Assembly: GCA_963768835.1 (NCBI GenBank)
Contig: CAVYJB010000001.1
Coordinates: 281,903-345,902, forward strand
DNA from: an uncultured bacterium
Lineage (GTDB): Bacteria > Patescibacteriota > Minisyncoccia > UBA6257 > GWB1-50-10
DNA length: 64,000 bases
Direction of reading: 5' to 3'
The translations under genes were made by a program, and so were the position numbers. The notes under the pieces were generated by a model that was given only the letters and a program-made list of their open reading frames with translations, searched no databases and had not been told where the DNA came from. How positions within the stretch are numbered: the first letter of the stretch is position 1; every line of letters starts with the position of its first letter. Below, one piece after another: positions 8,562 through 16,342 of the stretch.

Positions 8562-8688
8562 GCACCCCTACGGGATGTTGGAACTACTCAAGATTTTTAT
8601 AAAAATCGGCGGGCCTCACTCTCGTTATAGGGAGTTGACGCTCAAAGAGGTCGGAGTCTTATCCGACTTAAGCTGGGTTATCCTAAAA

Positions 8689-9447
8689 TTATTTTATACC
8701 CACTATTCCTGTAACATCCAACGGCCGTTCCATAAAACCATTAATCAGTCTTCTCTTGCAATGTTCCGCAAGCGCCTTGCGTGCTTGATCCTTTTTATCT
8801 TCTGAAACTAGGTTCCACAGACTCACTGACTGAAAATAGGCAATCGCGTGGTCGAGCGTAAAATGCTCGCTAACTTCTTTTTTCTCCTTGGTGACTTTTT
8901 GGAACCCACCCTCCTGAAGAATATTCTCCGGGTCATAATGCCTCTTTGCATCGGGAATTTCGCATGAAATAAATGGTTTTAATATCATACGGTATTCCTT
9001 TTTGAAATTGCCGGAATCGTTCTTGTTCACTACGAAAAATATTCCACCGGGCTTCAATACCCTCTTTATCTCTTTCACTGATTCCCTGTCACAGAACCAA
9101 TGAAATGCACTAAAGGCAGTAACCGCATCAAACGTTTCGTTGGAAAATGGCAGATGATTTGCAGGAGCGATGCAGTACGTTGCCTCACTTTCGTTTTTTT
9201 CTTCTGCAATCCGAATCATCTCCGGATCATTGTCGGCCCCGAAAATCTTTGCACTAGGCCGTAACAATTGCCGGGTCGAAATCCCCGTCCCACATCCAAG
9301 GTCTAACACCTTCGGCTGTTCACAGACGACTAATCGCCAAAAGCAATCAATAGTCTCTTGAGGAAATCCTTGTCGGGCTTCATCGTATTGCTTCCCTAGA
9401 TTTCCAAACTTTCCGTACCCTGGTTTTGCCTTGGTCACTTGTCGCAC
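8689..9447 (-). CDS. class I SAM-dependent methyltransferase
   Basis: VLDLGCGTGIST motif I and LKPGGIFFV motif. GTG start at 9447 is preceded on the coding strand by TGgTAGAAT, then 6 nt, then GTG. Local GC is visibly lower than the window average. Confidence 0.7.
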   Translation of the reverse strand: MRQVTKAKPGYGKFGNLGKQYDEARQGFPQETIDCFWRLVVCEQPKVLDLGCGTGISTRQLLRPSAKIFGADNDPEMIRIAEEKNESEATYCIAPANHLPFSNETFDAVTAFSAFHWFCDRESVKEIKRVLKPGGIFFVVNKNDSGNFKKEYRMILKPFISCEIPDAKRHYDPENILQEGGFQKVTKEKKEVSEHFTLDHAIAYFQSVSLWNLVSEDKKDQARKALAEHCKRRLINGFMERPLDVTGIVGIK

Positions 9448-9573
9448 AGTTATATTCTACCACGCGGCTCCCTTCAGATATTGACAAAATATAAATATAA
9501 TGTATTATGTGCGCAGAAACAGAGCCTATTAAGGGCTTTAACAATTCATTTAGACAACTGAGAGGGGTATTGT

Positions 9574-10325
9574 ATGGAACGTCTAGCACGGTGGCAATCT
9601 CATATCACGAGTGTTCGAAGGGATAGGCTCGTGACCTACAGCGTCAATCAGGAGAAGATAATAAGAACGTTCTCGTATGAGGCGATGGTCTACTTCTTGT
9701 TGTTTGGAAAACAACCGTCGCGCGTCACGGCAAGGATGCTCCGAGCCGTCATTCTATCCCACTGCAGCCATGGTATTACCGGACAAAGCACACTTGCGGT
9801 TCGCATGGCGACCGATTGTCGTTCGCCGTTTCTCAACGCCGCGCTAGGAGGGTTCTTGTTGGTTCAGGCACCTTTCATCAAGGAGGACTCGAGATGGCGA
9901 TGAAAGAGCTCCAATCTGCGCTAGCAGCTCCGAGTATTGAGAAATATATTGCCGACAAGCTCTCAAGGAAGCAAATAGTCTACGGTTACGGGCATCGTTT
10001 TCACAAACATGATCCGCGCGCCCGTTGCTTAATGCAATTGTGTCGCCGGCATTCTTTCCTGGGTCCTCACGTAAGGGCGGCAATGAAGATTGACCAAATT
10101 CTGGGAAAGAGGAAGCAGATTCACATGAACATCGAAGCAGCGTGTGGATCTATTCTCCTGGATATAGGATTCCCGTCGGAGATCGCCGCGTTAATCATAC
10201 TCATCGGTCGAGGTCCAATGTTCGCCGCAGCGTACATGGAGCGACTTGCATCCTCACGAAAAACCTTCCAGAAGGTAAAGGTGTTTGATCTTATACCAAC
10301 ACGAAGAGGGCGACGACATGCCTAG
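9574..10325 (+). pseudogene. citrate synthase/citryl-CoA lyase-like gene split by a frameshift near 9850-9856
   Basis: Frame A (9574..9903) ends ...SPFLNAALGGFLLVQAP. Frame B (9816..10325) carries GTFHQGGLEMAMKEL and the GYGHRFHKHDPRA block resembling the citrate-synthase signature G[FY]GH.VY...DPR. One missing base next to the GGG at 9850-9852 would join them into about 250 aa. Confidence 0.5.
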
Positions 10326-11031
10326 ATCATTGGTGTATGCGGTAATCCCAGCGCGTGGCGGATCAAAAGGACTCCGTGGGAAGAATCTCAGGTTGCTCCA
10401 CGGCCAACCGCTCATCAGTTACATCATTCGTGCCGCGCTTCAAGCACAAACAATCGACAGGGTATTCGTCTCAACAGAGAACGATGAAATAGCGAGGGTT
10501 GCCATGCGGTACGGAGCGAAGGTCATTCGACATCCCAAGTCGCTTTCGACCTCAACCACGTCAACGTTCGGCGTCATCCGGCGTGCGGCAAAAATATTCA
10601 AAAAGAAGTGGCGCCGCCCCGACGTATTGGTGACCATGCGGGCGACTTCCCCACTTTGTGAGCCAACTGACGTCGATAATGCCGTAAGGCTGCTCTTCAG
10701 AAAAAATGCTGATTCGGTAGTAAGTGTCGCAAAGTCTGACGTTCACCCTCTCCGGATGCTCAGGAAGAATCGAAAGAAGGAGCTGGAGCATTTCGACAAG
10801 CGGAGTAGCGAACGGAATTTTCCCCATCGCCGTCAGTCGTTCGGTGACGTGTACATCAGGAATGGTGCAATCTACGCCACGAGGACTGAGGTTATCGAAA
10901 GGGGCAGCCTGTGGGGGAAACATTGTGTTCCTTATGTGATGCCGAAAGAGCGTTCTGTGAACATCAACGACTGGATTGACTTCTTGCTAGCGGAATCGCT
11001 TCTAAAGCAACGCGTAAAGCCGCTATCGTGA
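10318..11031 (+). CDS. acylneuraminate/nonulosonate cytidylyltransferase family (CMP-sugar synthetase, NeuA/PseF-like)
   Basis: AVIPARGGSKGLRGKNLRLLHGQPLISYII...IDRVFVSTEND is the characteristic N-terminal CTP-transferase motif. ATG at 10318. Confidence 0.7.
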   Translation: MPRSLVYAVIPARGGSKGLRGKNLRLLHGQPLISYIIRAALQAQTIDRVFVSTENDEIARVAMRYGAKVIRHPKSLSTSTTSTFGVIRRAAKIFKKKWRRPDVLVTMRATSPLCEPTDVDNAVRLLFRKNADSVVSVAKSDVHPLRMLRKNRKKELEHFDKRSSERNFPHRRQSFGDVYIRNGAIYATRTEVIERGSLWGKHCVPYVMPKERSVNINDWIDFLLAESLLKQRVKPLS

Positions 11032-11052
11032 TACGATAGCGGCTTTTTATTC
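11016..11052 (+). terminator. rho-independent terminator at the end of the cytidylyltransferase gene
   Basis: AAAGCCGCTATCGtgatacGATAGCGGCTTTttatt; the stop codon lies in the loop. Confidence 0.65.
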
Positions 11053-11119
11053 CAGAATATAGTGAGACTGAAACAGATTTTATTATTCTCCAGTCGCAGT
11101 GTCAGGTACGGTACCTAAA

Positions 11120-11195
11120 CCCAGCCTCGCCACGAAAACAGAGTCCTTCTGCCTTCGTATCGCAGTTCCAATAGCGTCCACGAGAGCGCGCAAAT
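11120..11195 (+). repeat. ~75-bp intergenic direct repeat, copy C
   Basis: CCCAGCCTCGCCACGAAAACAGAGTCCTTCTGCCTTCGTATCGCAGTTCCAATAGCGTCCACGAGAGCGCGCAAATG. Confidence 0.7.
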
Positions 11196-11298
11196 GTTTT
11201 TTGCCGCCTCCTTTGTGGGGCGGCATGAAGCATCTATCGGTCTTGCGTGTTACAAATATCCGGACGCCAGCGTGGTAGATTAAGCGCCGACCACTCGG

Positions 11299-12750
11299 TT
11301 ACGCCACCCTTGATACTGTAAGCTCTAACGCCCTCTCTCGCAGGAGCGCCGCCACAACCCTTGCCCGTATTCCCATGGGACACACGAGGAGCACCTCCCG
11401 ATTTTTCCATTGTTTTGAAAACTTCGAAAGATTACCAGTAATAGCATTCGAATCCATACGCTTTGACCCGGGGAGACGGAAGTGGATAAATTCTCCATGC
11501 GGCCGGACATCGATAATGGATACTCCTTGCCGCAGGGCAACATCATGGCCCTCCTTGATCTGCGCCCACGCTTTTTGGGGAGGTACCGGGTACGCCATTT
11601 CATATGCGTCGCGAGGATCCACATCGAAGCCTAAGAAGGTGGTCCCGGTCTTCCGCTTCGGAGGTCTTATCTCCCCGGGCTTGTTCATCAGTAGTTCCTC
11701 GTGTTCAATGCCTGGGAAATGGGAGGCATCGAGATACTCAAAGTACTCCTCGATATACGGGAACGGACCGTCGGGGCAGATGAAAACCGCGACAATTTCA
11801 CCGTTCTTGCCCCGCAAATCATTAAGCCCTCCTTCGCTCTTCCGCTTTGAGAAAAACTGCAGCAACCCTTGAAGCGCGAGGCCGGAACTTGGCCCGGCGA
11901 CAACGCCCGCCCGGCACAATTCCAAGCTCTTTTCGTACGATTCTTTCGTACCGACCTCTTCGATATGATCGGTCGCCTGTCGCCAGTCGAAAGCGATTTC
12001 TCGGAGAAGATTCGGGGTTCTCACCCCCGGCACGGGATTATTGGGGAGCCGCGCAACACCGACTCTCACGATCTTCGTTGTTCGTTTCTTGAGATACCCT
12101 CCGGCGCCCACCATCGTTCCCGTCGTACCGAGACCGGAGCAGAATACGCGGATCTTCCCTTCCGTCTGTTCCCATATCTGCGGCCCCGTCCATCGTTCGT
12201 GCGCACCCGGGTTCGCTTCGTTGTCATACTGCCCCGGGTTGAACCATCCCCTACGCCTGCCGATTCGCTTCGCCCTGTAGATGCCGCTCTCCTTATCCGC
12301 AGGATCCGGACAGATCGGCTCCTTGTTCACTACGATCTCCGTCCCAAAGAAGCGGAGTAGTTGGAGCTTGCCCCACGTTACCTCGTGCGACACGATGGCC
12401 CTTGTTTTCGGGATCCCGAACAGCCTCCCGATCACCGCCAAGGAGAAAACGGTGTTTCCAGAGGAGTTTTCGATCAGCGACCGTATACCGCCCAATCCCT
12501 TGGTGCCCCCTCGTTCGAGAAGCATGTTATAGGCCGGAAGAGATTTCACGTTCGCGAGCGGCAGGAAATTCATAAGCTTCGCAAAGACGCGAACTCCGTC
12601 TTCGGCAAATGGGTTGAGATGCGACGGAATCTCCACCAACGGGAGGGGCGGGCTGCGGTCGGGATTCAGGAAATCCTTCACAGCCTCCGGACCGGCGAAG
12701 ACGTTAAACGGTTTTTCGGTTTTGGGAGCGTGTTTTGACATAGTTCTCAA
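11299..12750 (-). CDS. PLP-dependent cysteine synthase family protein fused to a C-terminal rhodanese domain
   Basis: Tryptophan-synthase-beta-fold motifs are present (ENSSGNTVFSLAVIG; CSGLGTTGTMVGAGGYLKK). The C-terminal ~100 aa look like rhodanese (VSIIDVRPHGEFIHFRLPGSKRMD...VLLVCPMGIRARVVAALL with active-site Cys). The listed start overlaps the upstream gene; the true start is probably the MSKHAPK Met at ~12741. Confidence 0.7.
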   Translation of the reverse strand: MRTMSKHAPKTEKPFNVFAGPEAVKDFLNPDRSPPLPLVEIPSHLNPFAEDGVRVFAKLMNFLPLANVKSLPAYNMLLERGGTKGLGGIRSLIENSSGNTVFSLAVIGRLFGIPKTRAIVSHEVTWGKLQLLRFFGTEIVVNKEPICPDPADKESGIYRAKRIGRRRGWFNPGQYDNEANPGAHERWTGPQIWEQTEGKIRVFCSGLGTTGTMVGAGGYLKKRTTKIVRVGVARLPNNPVPGVRTPNLLREIAFDWRQATDHIEEVGTKESYEKSLELCRAGVVAGPSSGLALQGLLQFFSKRKSEGGLNDLRGKNGEIVAVFICPDGPFPYIEEYFEYLDASHFPGIEHEELLMNKPGEIRPPKRKTGTTFLGFDVDPRDAYEMAYPVPPQKAWAQIKEGHDVALRQGVSIIDVRPHGEFIHFRLPGSKRMDSNAITGNLSKFSKQWKNREVLLVCPMGIRARVVAALLRERALELTVSRVA

Positions 12751-13696
12751 AATCGAACGTTTCGTCTATCTGCTTCGTGAGGTCGCCGTACCGTTCGGCG
12801 ATAAACCCCTGCGCAACGTAGCGACGGTGTAGCTCGTAAAGCTTCCGAAGCCGCTTTTTGTAGTCCGGAGTGATTGAGAAAAGCCTTCTTTCGATGTGCG
12901 CCAACAGGGTTTTATTTTCTCCTTCCAACAAATCGACGTTCAGCGCACCGCCTTCCTGGTCCTTCCTACGTAGATATGCAGATTCTTTGAAAAGCCCGAG
13001 GAGTTTTTCCGCCGGGATGGCTTTCTTTATGAATTCCGCGTCAGTTTGGGACCGCACCTTGTTGCCAACCACAAAGAGTGAATCGTAGACCCCCGCTTCT
13101 AGGGCAAGCTTCCGGTATTGCTCGAATACCTCGAGGCCCCGCTTCGTCGGCTCAACGGTGAGCACGAGCATCTCGAATTGCGCGTGGAGCGTGTTTGCAA
13201 AGGCATCAATCCCAGCGACCATATCGGTCACAACGACGCCAGAAGCATCCGCAAGGTGAGAGAGGATGTTCTCAAGGATTGCGAGATTGTTGTGATAACA
13301 GCTGGCGCCGATCTCCTCGCTATCGTAGGTTCCGACGACCAGCAACCGCAGTTTCTCATCGCCCGAGCCAAATCGGGAAAGGACGGGGTCCTGAGGATCG
13401 TCCAAATATATGAGATTCGATTCGGCGGTAGGCGGGGTCGTTTTGCGGAATTGCGCAAGGCCTTTAATGCGTGTATTCCCGCCTTTTAAGTGCGTCTTGA
13501 TGACCCTTGCCGCATCGGGATGCGAGATATGCCTCTCAATCGGCAGCTCGGCTTCAAACCCCAAGAGCCCCCCGAGGTGCATATTCAAATCCGCGTCAAT
13601 GGCGAGCACCGGATGTTTCCTATTGATATATTCGGCAAAGAGAGCGGCCAGCGTTGTTTTCCCCGAACCTCCCTTGCCTACAAAAGCAATCCTCAT
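12704..13696 (-). CDS. CooC/MinD/ParA-family P-loop ATPase
   Basis: MRIAFVGKGGSGKTTLAALFA deviant Walker A; DADLNMHLGG; VVTDMVAGIDAF. Start is taken at MRIAF (cat 13694-13696); an upstream Met at 13732 is also possible. Confidence 0.65.
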   Translation of the reverse strand: MRIAFVGKGGSGKTTLAALFAEYINRKHPVLAIDADLNMHLGGLLGFEAELPIERHISHPDAARVIKTHLKGGNTRIKGLAQFRKTTPPTAESNLIYLDDPQDPVLSRFGSGDEKLRLLVVGTYDSEEIGASCYHNNLAILENILSHLADASGVVVTDMVAGIDAFANTLHAQFEMLVLTVEPTKRGLEVFEQYRKLALEAGVYDSLFVVGNKVRSQTDAEFIKKAIPAEKLLGLFKESAYLRRKDQEGGALNVDLLEGENKTLLAHIERRLFSITPDYKKRLRKLYELHRRYVAQGFIAERYGDLTKQIDETFDFENYVKTRSQNRKTV

Positions 13697-13737
13697 GCCC
13701 CTAACGATACAGACCACACTCTTCGAATACAAGTTAT

Positions 13738-13765
13738 TTGCAAGTAGTTTGCATTTAGATATAAT
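13738..13765 (+). promoter_or_regulatory. promoter-like TTGCAA-16 nt-TATAAT ending 6 nt before the fur-family start codon (leaderless-type); direct TTTGCA repeats overlap it
   Basis: ttatTTGCAAgtagTTTGCAtttagaTATAATgggaaaATG. Confidence 0.45.
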
Positions 13766-13771
13766 GGGAAA

Positions 13772-14236
13772 ATGCCAAAGAAAGATTTTTTCCGCGACAT
13801 ATTGAGAAAAAGCGGCTATAAAGCAACACCTTCCCGGCTCGCGATTCTTGGCGTCTTTAAGGAAACGAGAAATCCGATGAGCGCCCAGGAGATTATCGAC
13901 GCGCTTCCCTCGGATACCGACCAGGCCACCGTCTATCGGACGCTCAAGCTATTGAATGAGAAAGGAGTCATCAAGCAAATCGACCTGCGGCACAACCATG
14001 CCCATTACGAACTTGCCGACCTGAAGGAGCACCATCACTTGGTGTGCGTGCGCTGCGGTAGGATCGAGGACGTGCACCACTGCGGCGCCCTGGCTGTTCA
14101 GGACGCAGTTCTCAAGAGCTCGAGGCACTTTGCGGAAATCAGCAGCCATTCGCTTGAGTTCTATGGCATTTGCACTGCCTGCGTCAAAAAAAGCGAGGCT
14201 GCGCATGTCGCTCCCCATCGCAGTGCACCGCTCTAG
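13772..14236 (+). CDS. Fur-family metalloregulator (Fur/Zur/Nur/PerR-type)
   Basis: Winged-helix N-terminus (RLAILGVF...MSAQEI) and the HHHLVCVRCGRIEDV...C metal-site motifs. Confidence 0.8.
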   Translation: MPKKDFFRDILRKSGYKATPSRLAILGVFKETRNPMSAQEIIDALPSDTDQATVYRTLKLLNEKGVIKQIDLRHNHAHYELADLKEHHHLVCVRCGRIEDVHHCGALAVQDAVLKSSRHFAEISSHSLEFYGICTACVKKSEAAHVAPHRSAPL

Positions 14237-14246
14237 TAGACCACCC

Positions 14247-15431
14247 ATGAAGCATTTCATTCGACACCTGAATCGTCGTCGGAGAATGTACCTTGAGATA
14301 GCTCTTGCGGTCATCGTCATTGTCGGGTGTTCCCTCTTGTATCGCGCGGAGGAAACGAACATTGATGCCTATCTCGCGACGACATTCCCAAGCCCTGCGA
14401 TCAGTCTCGGTGAGGTTATCTCGGTCAGCCCAGCGACAGGTACGATAGGTGCCTATCCCACCTCCCACGTCTCGGTATTATTGCTGACGGGCATGGATAC
14501 AGGAACGACAACCCAGATTACCAGCCAGTCAGGGGATAGTTCGGTCAAGAATAGCTATCTCCAAGTGGTCCCGGGCGAGAAGGTCCTCCTCGCGAAAGAC
14601 GACATGAGTCGTTCTGGCGGAGAGTCCTACTACATCACCGACCGATTCCGATTACCGGCGATCCTTTTTATCATCCTTCTGTTTGTTGCGGTGGCGGTAC
14701 TGTTCGGGCGACTACGGGGATTCACCTCTATTGTGGGATTTGGAATAAGCGTCGGAGTGCTTGGATGGTACGTGGTGCCCCAAATTCTGGAGGGCACCGA
14801 TCCCCTCACCGCTTGTCTTATCGGAGCAGCGGGGATTGCACTCGTATCGCTCTACCTTGCACACGGGTTCAACACGCGAACGACTCTCGCGCTCTGTGGG
14901 ACATTAATTGCACTGGCCGTTTCTGCACTCCTCGCCATTCTTTTCGTCTCAGCTTCGCGGCTCGTCGGTCTGGCGACCGAAGAGTCGTTCGCGGTGGCAA
15001 TCGGGAACGGCACCAGTTTAAGCCTCAGGGGCATTCTTCTCGGAGGCATCATTATTGGGACTCTTGGCGTATTGGACGACGTGACGATCGGACAGTCCGC
15101 CACGGTCGCAGAACTCAATGATGCCAACCCAACACTGGGCTTCAGGGAGTTGTATCGGCGGGGAATGTCGGTGGGTCGAGAGCACATCGCCTCACTCATC
15201 AACACGTTGTTCCTCGCGTACGCGGGTGTTGCCCTGCCGATCATCCTCTATATTGCAGCTTTCCAGAGCAAAATCCCGCTATGGCTCACGGTGAACGGTG
15301 AACCAATCGCCGAGGAGATTGTCCGCACCATGGTGGGGAGCATCGGCATCATCTTTGCTGTTCCTATCACCACGGTTCTCGCGGCTTACTACTACGGCAA
15401 ACACATACATAGAAAGAAAGAGGGTGTATAA
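14247..15431 (+). CDS. YibE/F-family integral membrane protein
   Basis: Multi-pass hydrophobic profile with the YibE/F-like pattern LGVLDDVTIGQSATVAEL...REHIASLINTLFLAYAG. Start is taken at MKHFIRH (ATG 14247), just after the fur stop. Confidence 0.65.
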   Translation: MKHFIRHLNRRRRMYLEIALAVIVIVGCSLLYRAEETNIDAYLATTFPSPAISLGEVISVSPATGTIGAYPTSHVSVLLLTGMDTGTTTQITSQSGDSSVKNSYLQVVPGEKVLLAKDDMSRSGGESYYITDRFRLPAILFIILLFVAVAVLFGRLRGFTSIVGFGISVGVLGWYVVPQILEGTDPLTACLIGAAGIALVSLYLAHGFNTRTTLALCGTLIALAVSALLAILFVSASRLVGLATEESFAVAIGNGTSLSLRGILLGGIIIGTLGVLDDVTIGQSATVAELNDANPTLGFRELYRRGMSVGREHIASLINTLFLAYAGVALPIILYIAAFQSKIPLWLTVNGEPIAEEIVRTMVGSIGIIFAVPITTVLAAYYYGKHIHRKKEGV

Positions 15432-15464
15432 TAAAGAAAAGGTCGTGGGAGTATTCTCATAACC

Positions 15465-15605
15465 ATGCCAAAGAAAGCGAAGAAGAAGGTGCGGAAAACG
15501 GGACCTAAGCATATGTACCTCTGCGCGTGCGGTCGCGGCACATGTCGATGCCGCCCCTGCAAGTGCAAGTGCAAGAAGGGGGTCTGCGTGTGCGTTTGTA
15601 AGTGA
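15465..15605 (+). CDS. unannotated 46-aa lysine- and cysteine-rich protein (13 Cys), metallothionein-like
   Basis: ATG 15465 to TGA 15603-15605. Translation is MPKKAKKKVRKTGPKHMYLCACGRGTCRCRPCKCKCKKGVCVCVCK. GTGGGAG lies 13 nt upstream. A TATAAT at 15427-15432 overlaps the yibE/F stop. A strong terminator follows immediately. Confidence 0.45.
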   Translation: MPKKAKKKVRKTGPKHMYLCACGRGTCRCRPCKCKCKKGVCVCVCK

Positions 15606-15613
15606 AAACCACG

Positions 15614-15641
15614 GCCGCCAGGGAGATCCTGGCGGTTTTTG
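15614..15641. terminator. rho-independent terminator (bidirectional, between convergent genes)
   Basis: GCCGCCAGGgagatCCTGGCGGttttt. Confidence 0.65.
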
Positions 15642-15671
15642 GTTACAAGAGGGATGTCCGAATCAGCACGC

Positions 15672-16052
15672 CTACATAGATCCCAAGTAAAGCAAAACCA
15701 AGCCCAGAAGAAAGGCAACGATTCCTCCGAAGATGAGTACGCCCTCCTTGTTGCACTTCTGATACAGCGTAACGGCGGGGCCAGGAAGGAGAAGGAGAAA
15801 AGCTCCTTTGATGACCGTGAGCCACCCAAGGACCGTGATGAGTAACGGGAGACCGGAGGTCCAGGTGTTGTTCATCACGACAATCACGGCACCCATGGTC
15901 AAAATGAGGAAGCTCCACAGCCACAAGAATCCACGGTCCTGAGTTACCTTTCCAAGGGCGGTCGACATAGTCTTTCTGTCGATCACCACTGATAGACCCA
16001 TGACCGCGAAAATAATACCCAGTGCCTGAGTGATAGCGACGGCGACGTTCAT
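15672..16052 (-). CDS. small integral membrane protein (about 4 TM), hypothetical
   Basis: Hydrophobic throughout (AITQALGIIFAVMGLSVVI...LLGLVLLYLG); ATG at 16052. Confidence 0.5.
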   Translation of the reverse strand: MNVAVAITQALGIIFAVMGLSVVIDRKTMSTALGKVTQDRGFLWLWSFLILTMGAVIVVMNNTWTSGLPLLITVLGWLTVIKGAFLLLLPGPAVTLYQKCNKEGVLIFGGIVAFLLGLVLLYLGSM

Positions 16053-16189
16053 ATATTTTATGTTAGTGGTAACGATACACCACCGGCCTTTCTATTATTA
16101 TAACGCTATTGGGAACATTCGCTCCGCGGGTACGATCCGGACCCACTCTAACCCATCGACCGTTGACTAAGTCCGTTTGCAGCCAGGTC

Positions 16190-16256
16190 CGGTATACGAA
16201 TAGGCTCCTTCTGCTCCCGTATTCTGGTTCCAATAGCGTCCACGAGGGCGCGCACT
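16190..16256 (+). repeat. ~75-bp intergenic direct repeat, copy D
   Basis: CCGGTATACGAATAGGCTCCTTCTGCTCCCGTATTCTGGTTCCAATAGCGTCCACGAGGGCGCGCACTAATAATT. Confidence 0.65.
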
Positions 16257-16278
16257 AATAATTGATCTAGCTAGATAT

Positions 16279-16309
16279 AAAAACCGCCGAAATTTACTCG
16301 GCGGTTTCT
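16279..16309 (-). terminator. rho-independent terminator for the giant beta-helix protein gene
   Basis: Minus strand reads AAACCGCCGAgtaaatttCGGCGGTTTttatatc. Confidence 0.6.
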
Positions 16310-16342
16310 ATTTTATCCTGCCTGAATATCTGAATATTACTC

